From the human T2T-CHM13v2.0 reference genome, Homo sapiens: DNA of 64,000 nucleotides. The stretch lies in the NCBI RefSeq assembly GCF_009914755.1, contig NC_060926.1; one strand, given 5' to 3'. Position 1 is the first letter of the stretch, and every line of letters starts with the position of its first letter. The notes beneath the pieces are model-generated. The model worked only from the letters and a program-made list of their open reading frames with translations, ran no database searches and was not told where the DNA came from. This document shows positions 20,082 to 37,963 of the stretch, piece after piece. The position numbers were made by a program, and so were the translations under genes.

Positions 20082-20367
20082 CATACACACACACACACAC
20101 ACACACACAGACACACAAACACGAAAATTATATAAGCCTTGAAAAAGAAGATCCTGCCATTTGCCACAACGGATGGACCTGGAAGACATTATGCTAAGTG
20201 AAGTAAGTCAGACATGGAAAAATATTGTATGATCTCACTTATATGTGGGAGATTATATATATATGTGTGTGTGTGTATATATACATAATATATTTGTGTG
20301 TGTATATATATATAATATATGTATGTGTGTGTGTGTGTGTCTCTCTCTCTCTCTCTGTATATATATA
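20082..20367. repeat. (CA)n and compound (TA)n/(TG)n/(TC)n microsatellites inside L1MA
   Basis: Visible at ~20082-20118 and ~20254-20367. Confidence 0.9.
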
Positions 20368-21981
20368 AAATGCACAGAGATAGAGAATGAAACTGGTTAC
20401 CACAGGTGGGATGTTGGGGAGAAAGGTGAGGAAATGGGGATATGTAGGTCAAAGGATACAAAATAGCTGATGTATAGGATGAACAAGTTTAGATATCTGA
20501 TGAACAACGCAAAGATCAAAGTTAATAAAGTTGTATTATGTTAGGGGTTTTTGTTAAATAAGTAGATTTTAGATGCTTTTGTCACAAAAAGTATGTGAGG
20601 TAATAAGTTATTATCTGCTTCACTGTAGCAATCATGTTTCTATCTATCTATATATATCTCATAATGTTATGCTGTAAATCTCAAATATATACAATAAAAC
20701 TTGTTAAAAAAAGAAAACTAACATAGTGGAAATTCTGTTTTGATTGCAATTCTGTATCTGCTAACTTTTTGTGTCTAAGAAGGGGACAATCCATAGCAAA
20801 AACAAACTGACAAATACTTTTCCTTCCTGGTAATCCCACACTTATGGAAGTTAAGAAATTTATCTTGCTTCAGTGTTAAGAAATGACTTTTTATTTTATT
20901 TTTCTTAAGAGATAGCTTTTTAAATGTTTGTTTTTAGTGTATCTGATGAAATTACAGACTATATCTATTAAAATAGCAAGTGTTATATATGTGTATGTTA
21001 TTTGGTCACTTGATATAAAAGCAGGTTTATGGCCTGAAATGAATACTTTTTACCTTTCCATCCCTGGTTTGGGCACTAGTAGCTGCCTCAAAGAACAGTC
21101 ATATTCAAAAGCAAGTCTTGGCAGAATGCTCATAGACTAAAATTGAGGCAATAGTGCATGTTAGGAGAACTTTTATTTTCGAGTAATTTTTAACTATTAA
21201 GATGGTATTATCCTTTCCAAAACCTCGAAAGACTGGAAAAGCAATAGAGTAAGTCATTGAAATTGAATGAACTTTTGTAACGGGAATCAGAAGATCTGGA
21301 TGCAAATCCATATTCTGCCAGAAGCTCTGAGTTTGAGCAGGTCAATTACTTGTTTGGGATGTAATTCTTTAATCTGTAACTTGAGAGCTTGGATGCGATG
21401 TTCTCTTAAAATCTTTTCCAGCTTAAAAAGTCTATGACTGCGTAGACTTCCTCACCACCTCTAAATGTCTGTATATACTTTTATTCTATTTTTTCTTGAA
21501 GGAAAAGTTAAGTGACTTTCCAAGACCAGTTCATATGAGCTTAAAACTGCCCCTTCCCAGTTGCTCTGATTTCATTGATGTTTATCCAGCATTTATTTGT
21601 CATGTACGAGACTTCAGATTCTTTTAGGTTCTGGGGAGAGAAAGATGAAGAAAACAGACTCTGTCCTCAAGGAGATTACAGTCTAGTAGGGGAAGAAAAA
21701 AAATGTGATATAGTGTAGTTAAAAAGGGATGTAACATGACAGCGTAGTGATACAAAGAGGAAGTGAATCTTCTTTTGACTAGTCAAGTAAGAGTTTACAG
21801 AGGACAGGACCTCTAAGCAGAGCGTTAAAATTCAAAGACCTGTCCCCCTAATAAAATACTGTATGTTCTTAACGTGTAAAAGTTAGGAAGTACAGATAAG
21901 CAAAAATCAAGAAAACAACCACTATTAATAACTTAATATGCATTCCTTCTTACCCATTTGAAGGTGAGTTTTTTCCCCCCC

Positions 21982-22129
<148 letters not shown>

Positions 22130-23280
22130 CTAGAATACTATAATAAAAAGAGTCAGGGTTGGGGAAGGAAGCATTAGAGACAAAAGGAATGATGAATGCA
22201 AAGATATGAAGGCCTGAAAAAGCATGTTGTGTATGGCCTCCCATAATTACTGAATACTTAGGTGTGGCTGCTTCATGAGGGATATTGCGTGGGGAAAGAG
22301 CAGGTGTAGGAAGTCATCAATTAGATCATAGAGGGCTTTGCATATACTAAGGCATTTAGAGTCTGTCTATAGGAAATCAGAAGCCATGAAGAGTTTTAAG
22401 CTGGGCAAGGGACAGATTCATGATGTGATTTGCATTTCAGAATACTTATTCTGGCCAGTTTCACAAAGGCAGACTGAACCTTCACTACCTTTTTGTATTC
22501 CTTCACCAAACCTATAGAAGTAATAGAAAAATTTGAATGTGGCCATGTATAGACACAAGAAGAGGAACTCTCCATAAATCAAAAACTGTGAAGAATTTCT
22601 GAACATAAATAGGAGGTCCTGTGGGTAACACTCATACCATAGGTAAGAGGCTAGGAAGGGTCCCAGAATAATCAATAGGGTAATTCATTAGCATTACTGC
22701 AACATGAGCAACCAAGCAGCTTCAACATCTATGTATTCTAACACCAACTTGAGCAAAGTAAAGGATCTGTTTCCATGTGAGAACTGCATGTAGGAGCCCT
22801 GAGTCTATGAGAGTAGGAAGCAGTTGGGGGTAACTGGCTATATTCATGTCTAGAAGACGAAGGACTGAGAACCCTGTCTGTGACGTGTTCTGCTTCTCCT
22901 TCTCTCCCACTGAAAGCAATATGAGATAAGTACTGCTCCTGAGTGAGCTGTACCAAAAGCCTACAGAGTGTAACAGAATCCCAAGTACAAAGATAAGAAT
23001 CTCTTAAATGTTTCAGGAAAGCCAACACTATAAAAAAGAATCAACAAAAAAGAACTTAGGATCAAATAAAAAGTTACTAGAACAGAGTTCTAAAATGTGT
23101 ACCTAATACTTTTAGACAGATAGGGAATTTATTATATCCTTAACAAAAACAAGTGGCTATAAAACAAGAGTAGGCATTTATTTAAAAGAGTCAATTAGAG
23201 ATCTGGGGAATGAAAAATATAGTTGTTGAAATGGAACAGTCTTTTTGGTGCCAAGATGGATGGATTAGAACTGTGCATGA

Positions 23281-24250
<970 letters not shown>

Positions 24251-24459
24251 ATGACCAAAACAGGAACAGCTGAACTACCTTCCTCCAGATCTGTTATGTG
24301 AGAGAAAAATAAAACTCTCTTTTATACAGACTACTGGTATTTGTCATGTGCAATGGAACCTAATCCTAACTGACACACAGAGCCAGTGCATTGGCTGGAT
24401 TAAGGCTACTATGGAGGCTAGGAGAGGTTGTGGCCCCAGTTGGTTTTTGATTTCCAAAG

Positions 24460-24529
24460 TTGACATAAAGGGGAAATTATCTGAAAAAGATTTTTTGACA
24501 TAAAGGGGAAATTATCTGAAAAAGATTTT
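24460..24529. repeat. Perfect 35-bp tandem duplication
   Basis: TTGACATAAAGGGGAAATTATCTGAAAAAGATTTT x2. Confidence 0.97.
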
Positions 24530-24819
24530 AACACTGATCTAAATAATCCTTGAGAGAGCCTTTCTCAGCTTCAGATTCTGGAAGAACATGGCCATCCCTC
24601 TTGTAGTGTGAGCCAACAGAAAATTCATAGGAATAAGACTCAGAAGTTCTAAAGAAGATATAATTTGAGTTTTCATAGCAGATGGCTGCCTGTGAAATAG
24701 TTATGACACTGCATCAGACTTTAAAAATTTAAATTCATAGACTCAGTGCAGTGAGATTTAAGAGGGGATTATTATGAACAAGAAGGCACTCTGAGAACAG
24801 GAAAAAGATTTTGGAAAAC

Positions 24820-25280
24820 AAAATCATTAATATTGAACTAAAATTAATAATAATGAAAAGTAGATTGGATACTCCAGGAAATAATACTAGTGAGTTAAAA
24901 GACTAGTTCAATTGATGTTCCAGAGTTATGGGAAGATAGACATGGAGATCATGACCAAGAAGGTAATAGAGTAGATAGATGCAAGAAATTTGGTATATAT
25001 AAATTGGGTGTTCTAAAAGAACAGAGATGATGCATAAGTAGTCAAACAATACAGAAAGTGTTGAAAATGTAGCTAAATTGAAGACTTTAACTTTTAAAAG
25101 AACTAACCAAATAAGATTAGTGAATGTGCTAGTCACATTTCTGATGTTCAAGGATAAGAGGGAAAATTCTACAAATATTCAAAGGGGGGAACCAAATGAT
25201 TTTCAAAGGGAAGACAATCAGGTTGGAATCCAGTCTTCTATTTAATGAAAAATGCTGGATCAGAGAATTTAAGATCTTTG
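24820..25280 (+). mobile_element. Very old L1ME/HAL1 ORF1-like fragment
   Basis: Degenerate ORF1-like sequence (CAAAGGGAAGACAATCAGGTTGG ~ KGKTIRL). Confidence 0.45.
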
Positions 25281-25873
25281 AATTAATAGACTATACGATT
25301 CTAGTAGAAAATTTGGATGACTGGCATAAATTATACACTTTTTTTTGGCTAAACAAGGATATAAAATATAACAATAATTTTTGCTTTAGGTTAAATAATA
25401 CTGTCACTGTTTTTGATTGTACTGAGGACTAGTGAAAACTTTATCGCCAAATAGCATTGGTTCTGGGCTTGGAGTTTGGGAACTACTGTTGTAGGTGATG
25501 TTGGTCTCTCTGCAAGTTCGTAAGAGGAGAAGATGATGTAACCTCAATTTTATACCTTGCTACACTGTCATTGACATACAAAGGCTAAAGAGAGATTTCC
25601 AGACAGACAAGGTTTCAGAAATTATACTAACTTTTTACTTTTTCTGAAGAATATATCCAAGAGAATACTCTTTAGAATAATATAATTAGTAAACTTGATT
25701 TAACAGATTAATATTAAACTTTGTACCTTACAAGGGGATTTTATTTTGATTACTTGTAAAATCGTCACTAAGTCTAAGCCACAGAAATAACAAAAATGGA
25801 AACTCAAAAGTATTTAAGCATTTGTTGTGCTGGGCAGAGAGCTAGTCTCTGAGGATACAATGACAAACAGGGT

Positions 25874-26329
25874 TGTCTTATTCTGTTTTGTATTGCTATA
25901 ACAGAATATACCTGAGACTGGTAATTCATAAAAGTTTACTGGGCTCATGATTCTGCAGGCTGGGAAGTTCAGGAGCTTAGTGCTCCATCTAGGGGCTTAT
26001 GGTGAGGACCAGGTGCTGGGTCAAAACACAGTGGAAAAGCAGAAAAGGGAGTGGGCATGTACAAAGAGATCACATCGTGAGAGTGGAAGCAAGAGAATTC
26101 TAGGAAGCCAAACTTCCTTTTATAACAACCTGCTTTTATAACAATCTACTCTTGCAGTAACTAATCCAGTCCTGAGAAAACTCACTCCCACAGAAGAGAA
26201 TTAAATCTATTTGTGAGGGATCTGCCCCCATGACCCAAACACCTTCCACCAGGCCCTGCCTCCCAACACTGCCACCTAGGGGATCAAGTTTTAAGATGAG
26301 TTTTGGAGGGGACAAATCAAATCGTAGCA
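25874..26329 (-). mobile_element. MSTB-like MaLR solo LTR
   Basis: TG...CA termini; TGCTATAACAGAATA start and GAGTTTTGGAGGGGACAAATCAAATCGTAGCA end. Confidence 0.8.
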
Positions 26330-27290
26330 GAGATAATGTGATTTTTTTGCTCAGATTGAGTTTCTAGTCTAGCAAGGGATACAAAATGAACAGATACTAC
26401 AATGTAGTGTGATGGTTGCTACAGTGGATGGACCACATAATTGAATGTGAGCGTAGAACAGGAGCACTTAACCTAGATGAACAGGGAAGGCAGAGATGGC
26501 TTTCTAAAGAAGGAACATCTGAATTGAGACAAGAAGACAGGAGAGAGAAATTGAGAAGATTTCAGATTAGTTGATTGCAGAGGGCATAAAGTGAGAGAAG
26601 GATGACAGGAAAGAGGTCACTAGGTATTATATCACACAGCCCTGAAAGCAATGTTAGGGCAGTTGGGCTTTATCCTGAGAGGAATGGGAATCTATTGAAA
26701 TATTTTAATAATGAAAAGTGATATGATCTGGTTTGTTTTTTAGAAAAATTACTCAGATTGTAGTGTGAATGGATTAGAGCCAGGTAAAATTAAAGGTAGG
26801 GAGATCAATTAAGAAGCTGTCTTGTGTATTCATTTGTTCTAACAAGAAATTTTTCTAGGTGGGAGGTAATGTTAGATTGGCTACAGTAGGAGGATCATAA
26901 GGATGGAGATGTATTTGAGAAAGATTTAGGCTTTGGTGGTTAGTTACTAGGGAGAGTAGAGAGAAGAGGACCAACCTAGTCTTAAATTTCTGGCTTATGC
27001 AGATAGGTAGATGATGATGATGGTGTCATTCAGTAGATAAACCCTGGAGGAGAAGATTAGGGAAGGATGGTTGAGTTCAGTTTGAGATGCCTATGAGACA
27101 CCTAACTTGAGATCCAACTGGTAGTTGGATAAGTGGGTTTGAAGTTTAGGAGAGAGATTTGGGTTGGAGATACTGATTTGGAAAGTATCAGCATTTGGAA
27201 AGTAAAGTTGTGGATATGAAAGATAACTCAAGTAAAATGTGCGGAGATGGAAGAGGTGATCCAGGTCAAGGATCTTAGGAACACGTGCTT
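26330..27290 (-). mobile_element. L2 (L2c-like) fragment
   Basis: Reverse L2 motifs (GGCTTTATCCTGAG; GAGTTCAGTTTGAGATGCCTATGAGACA). Confidence 0.65.
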
Positions 27291-27306
27291 CTAAAATGAG
27301 GATTCT

Positions 27307-27598
27307 GGCTGGGTGCGGTGGCTCATGCCTGTAACCCCAGCACTTTGGAAGGCCAAGGTGGTGGATTGCTTGAGTTCAGGAGTTTGAGACCAGCCTGGGC
27401 AACATAGCAAAACCTCATTTCTACAAAAAATACAAAAAATTTGCTGGGCATGGCAGTATGCACTGTAGTCCCAGCTAGGGCAGCTGGGGTGGGAGGAGCA
27501 CCTGAGCTCAGGAAGTTGAGGCCACAGTGAGCCATGATTGTGCTGCTGCACTCCTCCCTGGGTGACAGAATGAGACCCTGTCTCAAGAAAAAATAAAA
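27307..27598 (+). mobile_element. AluJ
   Basis: Alu dimer with J features. Confidence 0.9.
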
Positions 27599-27619
27599 GA
27601 AGATTCTGTTAATAAGACT

Positions 27620-28440
27620 TTCAAAAGAAAAAGGTAGGACAGAAATTCAGTAGAGTGTGAGCTAACAATTCAAAAAACATTGCACATGTATATTGGGATT
27701 AAAAAAATAAGTAAATGAATGGTGAATCATGGGAACTAGTTTTCTCATTTTTGGAGAGTGAGGTAACCACAGGCAGGAAGAAGGCTAGAATGAACCATGT
27801 GGTACTGAATTAGAGTTTGAAACATAAGCATTGAACACACATTTACCTTAATATTGATACAGATTCAGAAATAAATACAGATATGTATGTATACATAGCC
27901 TAGTATACATACATTTATTTACTAGCTCTGTCTGCTGAGAGGGCCTAGGAGCAGTGACAACCCAGTAGCATGAGCACACCCAGCATCAGATCTTGGTTTC
28001 TAATACCACTCTCCAATAGAAAGAACTAAGGCTCCCTGGAAAATGGCTGATTCTTGGGCCGGGGCAGGGAATTTGCAAGATGAGCCTGGAACATTGTAGA
28101 GTGCCAGAAAATAAGAAAATATGCAAAATGCAAAAGGACAGGGGGTTGGTAAAGGGATACAGGAGCCAACTGAAAGAGCACCCAGTGACTGAAGCTGGAA
28201 CAATTTGAGCAATAAAATAAATAATATTGCATTATTGGATTATGACCCAAAGCATAAAATAAATATCCCTAAGTCCACACTGATTAAAATAAATGGTTAA
28301 ATAAATAACTGTCCCCACTTATTTATCTTGTACAGAATTCCAAATAATTTGTGCAGACACTCCCCTCCTCAAGGAAGTGGAACTTAACCCCCCACCTCCT
28401 ACCACCCCCTTGAGTATGGGCTGCACTTGGTGACTGAGAG
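27620..28440 (+). mobile_element. L1MC/L1MD-type 3' UTR fragment
   Basis: CTAGCTCTGTCTGCTGAGAGGGCCTAG...CAGATCTTGGTTTCTAATACC motif. Confidence 0.65.
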
Positions 28441-28611
28441 GAATGGTTATTTGTATAGATTCTGTTTGAGATCAGATAAGTCAAGGACCAAGGTATTTAC
28501 ATAGGATATAGCATTAAAGAATGTTGGTGATCTCAGAGGGAACAGTTTGTGGGGAGAGGTAGATACTTGTACTCTTTACGTATGTGGCTCTAAATTTAAC
28601 CAGCCTTATAG

Positions 28612-28971
<360 letters not shown>

Positions 28972-28987
28972 TAGTGTCTATCAAAAG

Positions 28988-29066
28988 TTCACTGAAGCTA
29001 TGATTGTACTGCTGTACTCTAGCCTGGGCTACGGAGCAAGATCCCATCTCTTAAAAAAAAAAAAAA
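28988..29066 (+). mobile_element. Alu 3' fragment
   Basis: CTGTACTCTAGCCTGGGC...CCCATCTCTT-A tail. Confidence 0.7.
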
Positions 29067-29509
29067 GCTCACTTAATGCAAAAAATCCACATCAGATACA
29101 AGACAGACTAATGAATATCTTAATTATGCATTCATGTAGTTTCTTGTATTAAGTCTTTAGAGAACAAAAGTATCAAGACCACATCATCTTAGTCTCCTCT
29201 GACATGAAAATGCCTGTGCTGAGTTCTGATTTAATATGTTATTTGTCTGTATAGAATCAATCTGTAAGAAACATCATTTGAATGATGTGCATTTTCTAAA
29301 ATTTTCTAAAATTATATTTGAAACTATAGTCCTAGGTTCATTGTTCTTTGTACAAGTGCATCTAATTAAGATAGAAAAATTACATGTTTTCTTTTTCTTC
29401 TTACTGAAAAATGAAAACTTATAACCTGGAAAACATGGACCCAAATTTGACACTTGGTGTTTGTAATTTGCTGATATCACGAGCTTGATAGTATCTTTTT
29501 CAATTGTCT

Positions 29510-29980
29510 ACAGCAGTGATTTATAATTTTTACAATTCTGGGGATCAGGAGTTTGAGCAGGGCTCAGATAGGGGATTCTTCTGCTCTGTGTGGCATCGGT
29601 TGGGATCACTTACTCAGCTGGTAACTGGTGTGGGCTGGACAGTCTCAGGCTTTCTTCACATGTCTGACACTTTTGTATGCCTCCACATGGCATCTCCTCA
29701 GCATTGTGGTGTCAGAGTAGTTGGATTTCTCACATGGCTTCTGACTTCCAAGAAGAGGGAGTAAGGGGAAGCTACCAGTCTTCTGGGTTCCTGCAGTTTC
29801 AGAATGTCACTTTGACCACATTCTTCCTGCTGGTCAGAGCAAGTCACAAGGCCAGCCAGGATTCAAGGGACTGGGAAATAAAGCCTCATCTCTTGATAGG
29901 TGGAATGACATGTGCACATTGGAAAGGAAATAATCAATGGCGGCCAAGTTTGGAAGATTAGTTTGTGGCTATACCATCTA
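29510..29980 (-). mobile_element. MLT1-type MaLR LTR (old)
   Basis: TCAGAGCAAGTCACAAGGCCAGCCAGGATTCAAGGG motif. Confidence 0.65.
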
Positions 29981-30554
29981 TTACAGTATCTAATCTTTTA
30001 ATTTATTTACATGATTTTATGATTAATCCTCTTTATCTTGTATTTTAACATGTAATAATTTAAGTCCTCTTAGAAATTAGGTTATAAATCTCAAATTAAA
30101 ATTATTGACCTTAATTTAATAGAAGAGATTTTGGGATAATGGGAGGCCTGGATAAACCTCTTTTTTGTGTCATTCACTATATATTCGTCTTGTCATTCAC
30201 TATAAATTTAATAAGTATCTTGGTTTATTTAGTTGCAAATCTTCCAAAACATCTTTGCTTAGTAATTGCAGCTATATTATGAGAATTTACTCTTTCATCT
30301 TAGTTTTCCCTGAACTGGAGGGCTTACTGACGTGTCCATATTTTTTTAAACCCTGATAAACTATGTAGAGCACAGTTTAGCAAAGACTATCATAATTTAA
30401 AATGCAGATACTCTTTGACTCAGTAATTCTGCTTCATGAGTACAGAGATACAGCATTGTATGGCAAAATATTGCAAATGCATAATCAGTGAGGGGCTGAT
30501 TAAATTGTGATGTATTCATATATCATGAGATTGTTAAAAAAAAAGGATGAGGGA

Positions 30555-33496
<2,942 letters not shown>

Positions 33497-33674
33497 GATA
33501 TGCCACTGTTGTTTTTGTTTGCTTTTATGTGCATAGAATATCTATGAATGCCTAGTAAACAAGGGAAGGGAGCTGGATGATTGGAGGGAAATTCCTGTTC
33601 ACCATCACTTGTTTTGTACAGTTTCCTTTTTGTACCAAGTATTTGTATTACCTAACTTTAAAAATGCTCTGATA

Positions 33675-34145
<471 letters not shown>

Positions 34146-34379
34146 TTATTTTTATTGAATTTTTTTAATTATTGTGTTGAAGAGTTCTTTATGTCCTGAA
34201 AACAAGTCCTTCATCAGATGTTTGTTTTGCAAATATTTTCTCCAAATTTGTGGTTCGTCTTTACATTTTTATAACACTATCTTTTGAACAGCAAAAGTTT
34301 AAAATTTTAATAAAGTGTTATTTTTTTTTCTTTTATCGTTTGTGTTTTTAAGCATCATATATAAAAACTCTCCGTCAGT

Positions 34380-34566
34380 GAGAGGTTGGCAAACTAACGA
34401 CCTAATTCAGCCCACTACTTGTTTTTGTAAATAAAATGTTATTTGAATATAGCTGTGAACATTTGCTTATGTATTGTCTATGGCTGCTTTCATGCTACAA
34501 TGGCAGAGTTGGGTAGTTTCAGCAGAGACTGTTTGGCTCTCTGCAGGATAAGTTTACCAACCCCTG
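34380..34566 (+). mobile_element. MER58A (hAT-Charlie)
   Basis: GGTTGGCAAACT...TTTGTAAATAAA...TATGGCTGCTTTCATGCTACAATGGCAGAGTT...AGTTTACCAACCCCTG. Confidence 0.8.
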
Positions 34567-35160
34567 GGCTAACCTGCAATCCCAAAGATTTTCTTCTATG
34601 TTTTCCTAAGTTGTATAGTTTTGAATTTTTTCTATTTAGGTCTATTAATTTTTGTGTAAGACATGAGGTGTGGGTTGAGGCTTTTGTTTTTGTTTTTGTT
34701 TTTGTTTTGGCATATGGACTGCCAATTGTTCCTGCACCATTTGTTGCAAGACAGTTCTCTTTCTATTGAGTTACCCTGGTACTTTTGTTTGAAATCAGTT
34801 GACCATAATATGTAGATTTATTTCTGGACTATCCCTTCTATTCCATTATCTTTGTGTTTATCCTTATGGCAGAATCACAATGTCTTAATTGCTGTAGCTT
34901 TATGGAAAGTCTTGAAATCAGTGAATCTAAGTCTTCCAACTTTGTTCTTCTTTTTGAAAAGTGTTTTGACTATTCTGGTTTCTTTGCATTTTCATAAAAT
35001 TTTAGAATCAGCTTGTCAGTTTTTTTAAAAAGCCTGCTGGGATTTTTATTGGATTTACATTAATTTGGGGGAAAATTGACATCTTAACAATATTGATTGA
35101 TCTGATATTTGAAAATAATGTATCACCAATTATTGAGGTCTTTGATTTCTCACTGTGCTT

Positions 35161-35173
35161 CATATATATTATA

Positions 35174-35207
<34 letters not shown>

Positions 35208-35495
35208 TTTTTTTTGAGATGGAGTCTCGCTCTGTTGTCCAGGCTGGAGTGCAATGGCATGATCTCAGTTCACTGCAACGTCTGCCTCCTAGGTTCAAGC
35301 AATTCTCCTGCCTCAGCTCCCGAGTAGCTGGGACTACAGGCATGTGCCACCACACCCAGCTAATTTTTTGTATTTTTAGTAGAGACGGGGTTTCACTATG
35401 TTAGCCAGGATGGCCTTGATCTCCTGACCTCGTCATCTGCCTGCCTTGGCCTCCCAAAGTGCTGGGATTAAAGGCGTGACCCACCGCTCCCGGCC
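35161..35495 (-). mobile_element. AluSc-like with T-tract and (TA)n tail
   Basis: Reverse Alu; TSD TGTGCTT(C/T)ATAT. Confidence 0.92.
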
Positions 35496-36055
35496 TGTGC
35501 TTTATATTTTTGAGCACAAAAATCTTGCATTTATTTTGTTATATTCTATCTCTTTTTAATGTTTATACAATTGCTACTATTTTGTGAACTTATTTCTAAT
35601 TATTCGTTACTACCACTAGAAGTACAATGTAATTTTGTGTGTTGACCTTGTCTTCTGCAATTTTGCTTAATTCATTTAGTAGTTTTAATAGTAGAAATTT
35701 ATTAGATAAATTCAGTAGATTAATCCTTTGGGATTTTCTATATAGACAATCTTGTCATTTGTGGAAAAAAACAGTTTTGTTTCCCCTTTTAAAATCCATC
35801 TTCTGGCTTTTATTCCTTCTTGCATCACTGTACTGACAGTGTAATACAATACAGTACATTGTTGAATAGGAGTGGTGAGAGCAGACGTTCATGTCTCGTT
35901 CGTCATCTTAGGAGACAACGTTTAATCTTTTGTGATTATGTATAATGTTAGCTATAGATTTGTTATAGATACGTAGGTTGAGGATGTTCTCTTCTGTTTC
36001 TAGTTTTCTGAGAGTTTTGAATCATGAATGATGTGGAAGTTTTTCAAATGCCTTC

Positions 36056-36347
36056 TTTTTTTTTTTTTGAGGCAGGGTCTCACTCTGTCGCCCAGGCTGG
36101 AGTGCAGTGGGCGATCTTGGCTTACTGCAGCCTCCACCTCCCAAGTTCAAGTGATTCTCCTGCCTCAGCCTCCCGAGTAGCTGGGATTACAGGTGTGCGC
36201 CACTACACCCAGCTAATTTTTGTATTTTTAGTAGAGACGGGGTTTCACCTTGTTGGCCAGGCTGGTCCCAAACTCCTGACCTCAAGTGATCTGCCCACTC
36301 GGCCTCCCAAAGTGCAGGGATTACAGGCGTGAGCCACTTTGCCCAGC
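36056..36347 (-). mobile_element. AluSx
   Basis: Reverse Alu; TSD core CAAATGCC. Confidence 0.92.
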
Positions 36348-37170
36348 ACAAATGCCGTTTTTTTCCCCATTAATTAAGATGATCATTTATTTTTCAGTCT
36401 GTTAATGTGGCGTATTACATTGATGGATTTTCTTTCATATGTTGAACCAACATTGCATTCTTGGGATAAATGGCATTTGGCTAGGATATATATTTCTTTC
36501 AGTATATTGGCTAGATTCATTTGGTTAAGATATTTTCCATCTATGTTCATCAAAGTATGATGGTCTGTAGTTTTCTTGTAGTTTGTTTTGGTCTGATTTT
36601 TGTATTAGGGTCAATACTATATTCTCATAAAATGAATTGAGAAACGTTTTCTTCTTGTTTCTGGAAGAGTTTTTGTAATATTGGTATGATTTCTTCATTA
36701 AATGTTTAGTAGAATTCACCAAGGGAGCCTTTGTCATGGAAGTGTTTTCTTGAGAAGGTTTTAAATTATGAGTTAAGGAATTGGTACGTTTTATCTAAGT
36801 TGTGGAGTTTATTGCCATAAAATTGTTCAGAATATTCCCTAATTATCCCTTTAATAGCTATAAAATCTCTAGTGATGTCTCCTTTTCATTACCAATGTAG
36901 GTAATTTGTGGCTTCTCTCTTTTTTTGATCACTCTGGTTAGAAATTTATTTAGTTTCATTGAACTTTTCAAAGAATTAGATTTGTGTTTCATAGATACCT
37001 CTATGTTTTGTTTTCAATTTTTTTTCTTCAAATTGCTTTGTATTTAATTTACTCCTTTTTCTACCTCCTTAAGGTGGAGGCTTAAATTATTGATTCAAGA
37101 CCTTACTTGTTTTGTAATGTAAGCATTTCATGCTGTAAGTTTCTAAAAACTACTTTAGTAGTATCCCTGA

Positions 37171-37963
37171 TTTTTTGTTTGTTTGTTTTTGTTTTTTGTT
37201 GTGTTTTTTGTTTTTTCAGGAGCAGAGGTTTAATAGGCAAGAGAAAGAGAAAGGAAAACAGCTCTCTCTCTAATGAGAGAGAGGGGACTTCGGAGAGGAA
37301 AAGAGGACAGGAGATACGGCAATCGTGGATAGGAAAGGAGGAAATTACGATAGAAAAGTTGGAGATCCTTTTGCTAACACCCCTTTGGGCAGTTGGATGC
37401 TGAGGTCAGTCCAGAAACCTTTGACTAATACCAGGGGGTAGCCCCAGCCAGAAATCCTGCTCCAGAACCTCTTCCAGCCTCACACGACAGCTGAATCCTC
37501 CGTGAAAGGAAGCTGGTTCAAACATGGCCAACATAGCCAGCAACATGTTGGTGCTGGGGGATTCTCGATGTTCTCCCTAGTAAGTCACACATCCGAGTCT
37601 TTAAGAATGGCAACCATGCTGTGTTTTTAATTGGCTGACGGATGCCTGTTACTGATTTGATTTGGCTCTAAAATGGAGGCTGAGAGCCCCAAAATGAAAG
37701 GACAGGATTGGAGTCCGCTTCTCTACTTACCGTTTTGATGAATGTTGTACCTTGGTATCCCAGACGAGGTTCCCAATATGAAGCGTCTACGTTGTCTGGG
37801 GTAAATACCCGGAGTTTGTCATCTCACACCAGGAAAATTTAGGACACAGACACACACGAGGAGTTTAGGAGCGGAGGTTTAATAGGCAAGAGAAAGAGAA
37901 AGAAAAAGAAAGGAAAACAGCTCTCTCTCTAGTGAGAGAGAGGGGACTTCCGAGAGGAAAAGG
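37171..37963 (-). mobile_element. MER61-like ERV1 processed retrocopy (R-U5-PBS-leader-R-polyA)
   Basis: LTR 3' part 37779-37962, tRNA-Pro-like PBS 37757-37775, second R copy 37218-37303, decayed poly(A) 37171-37216. Confidence 0.75.
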
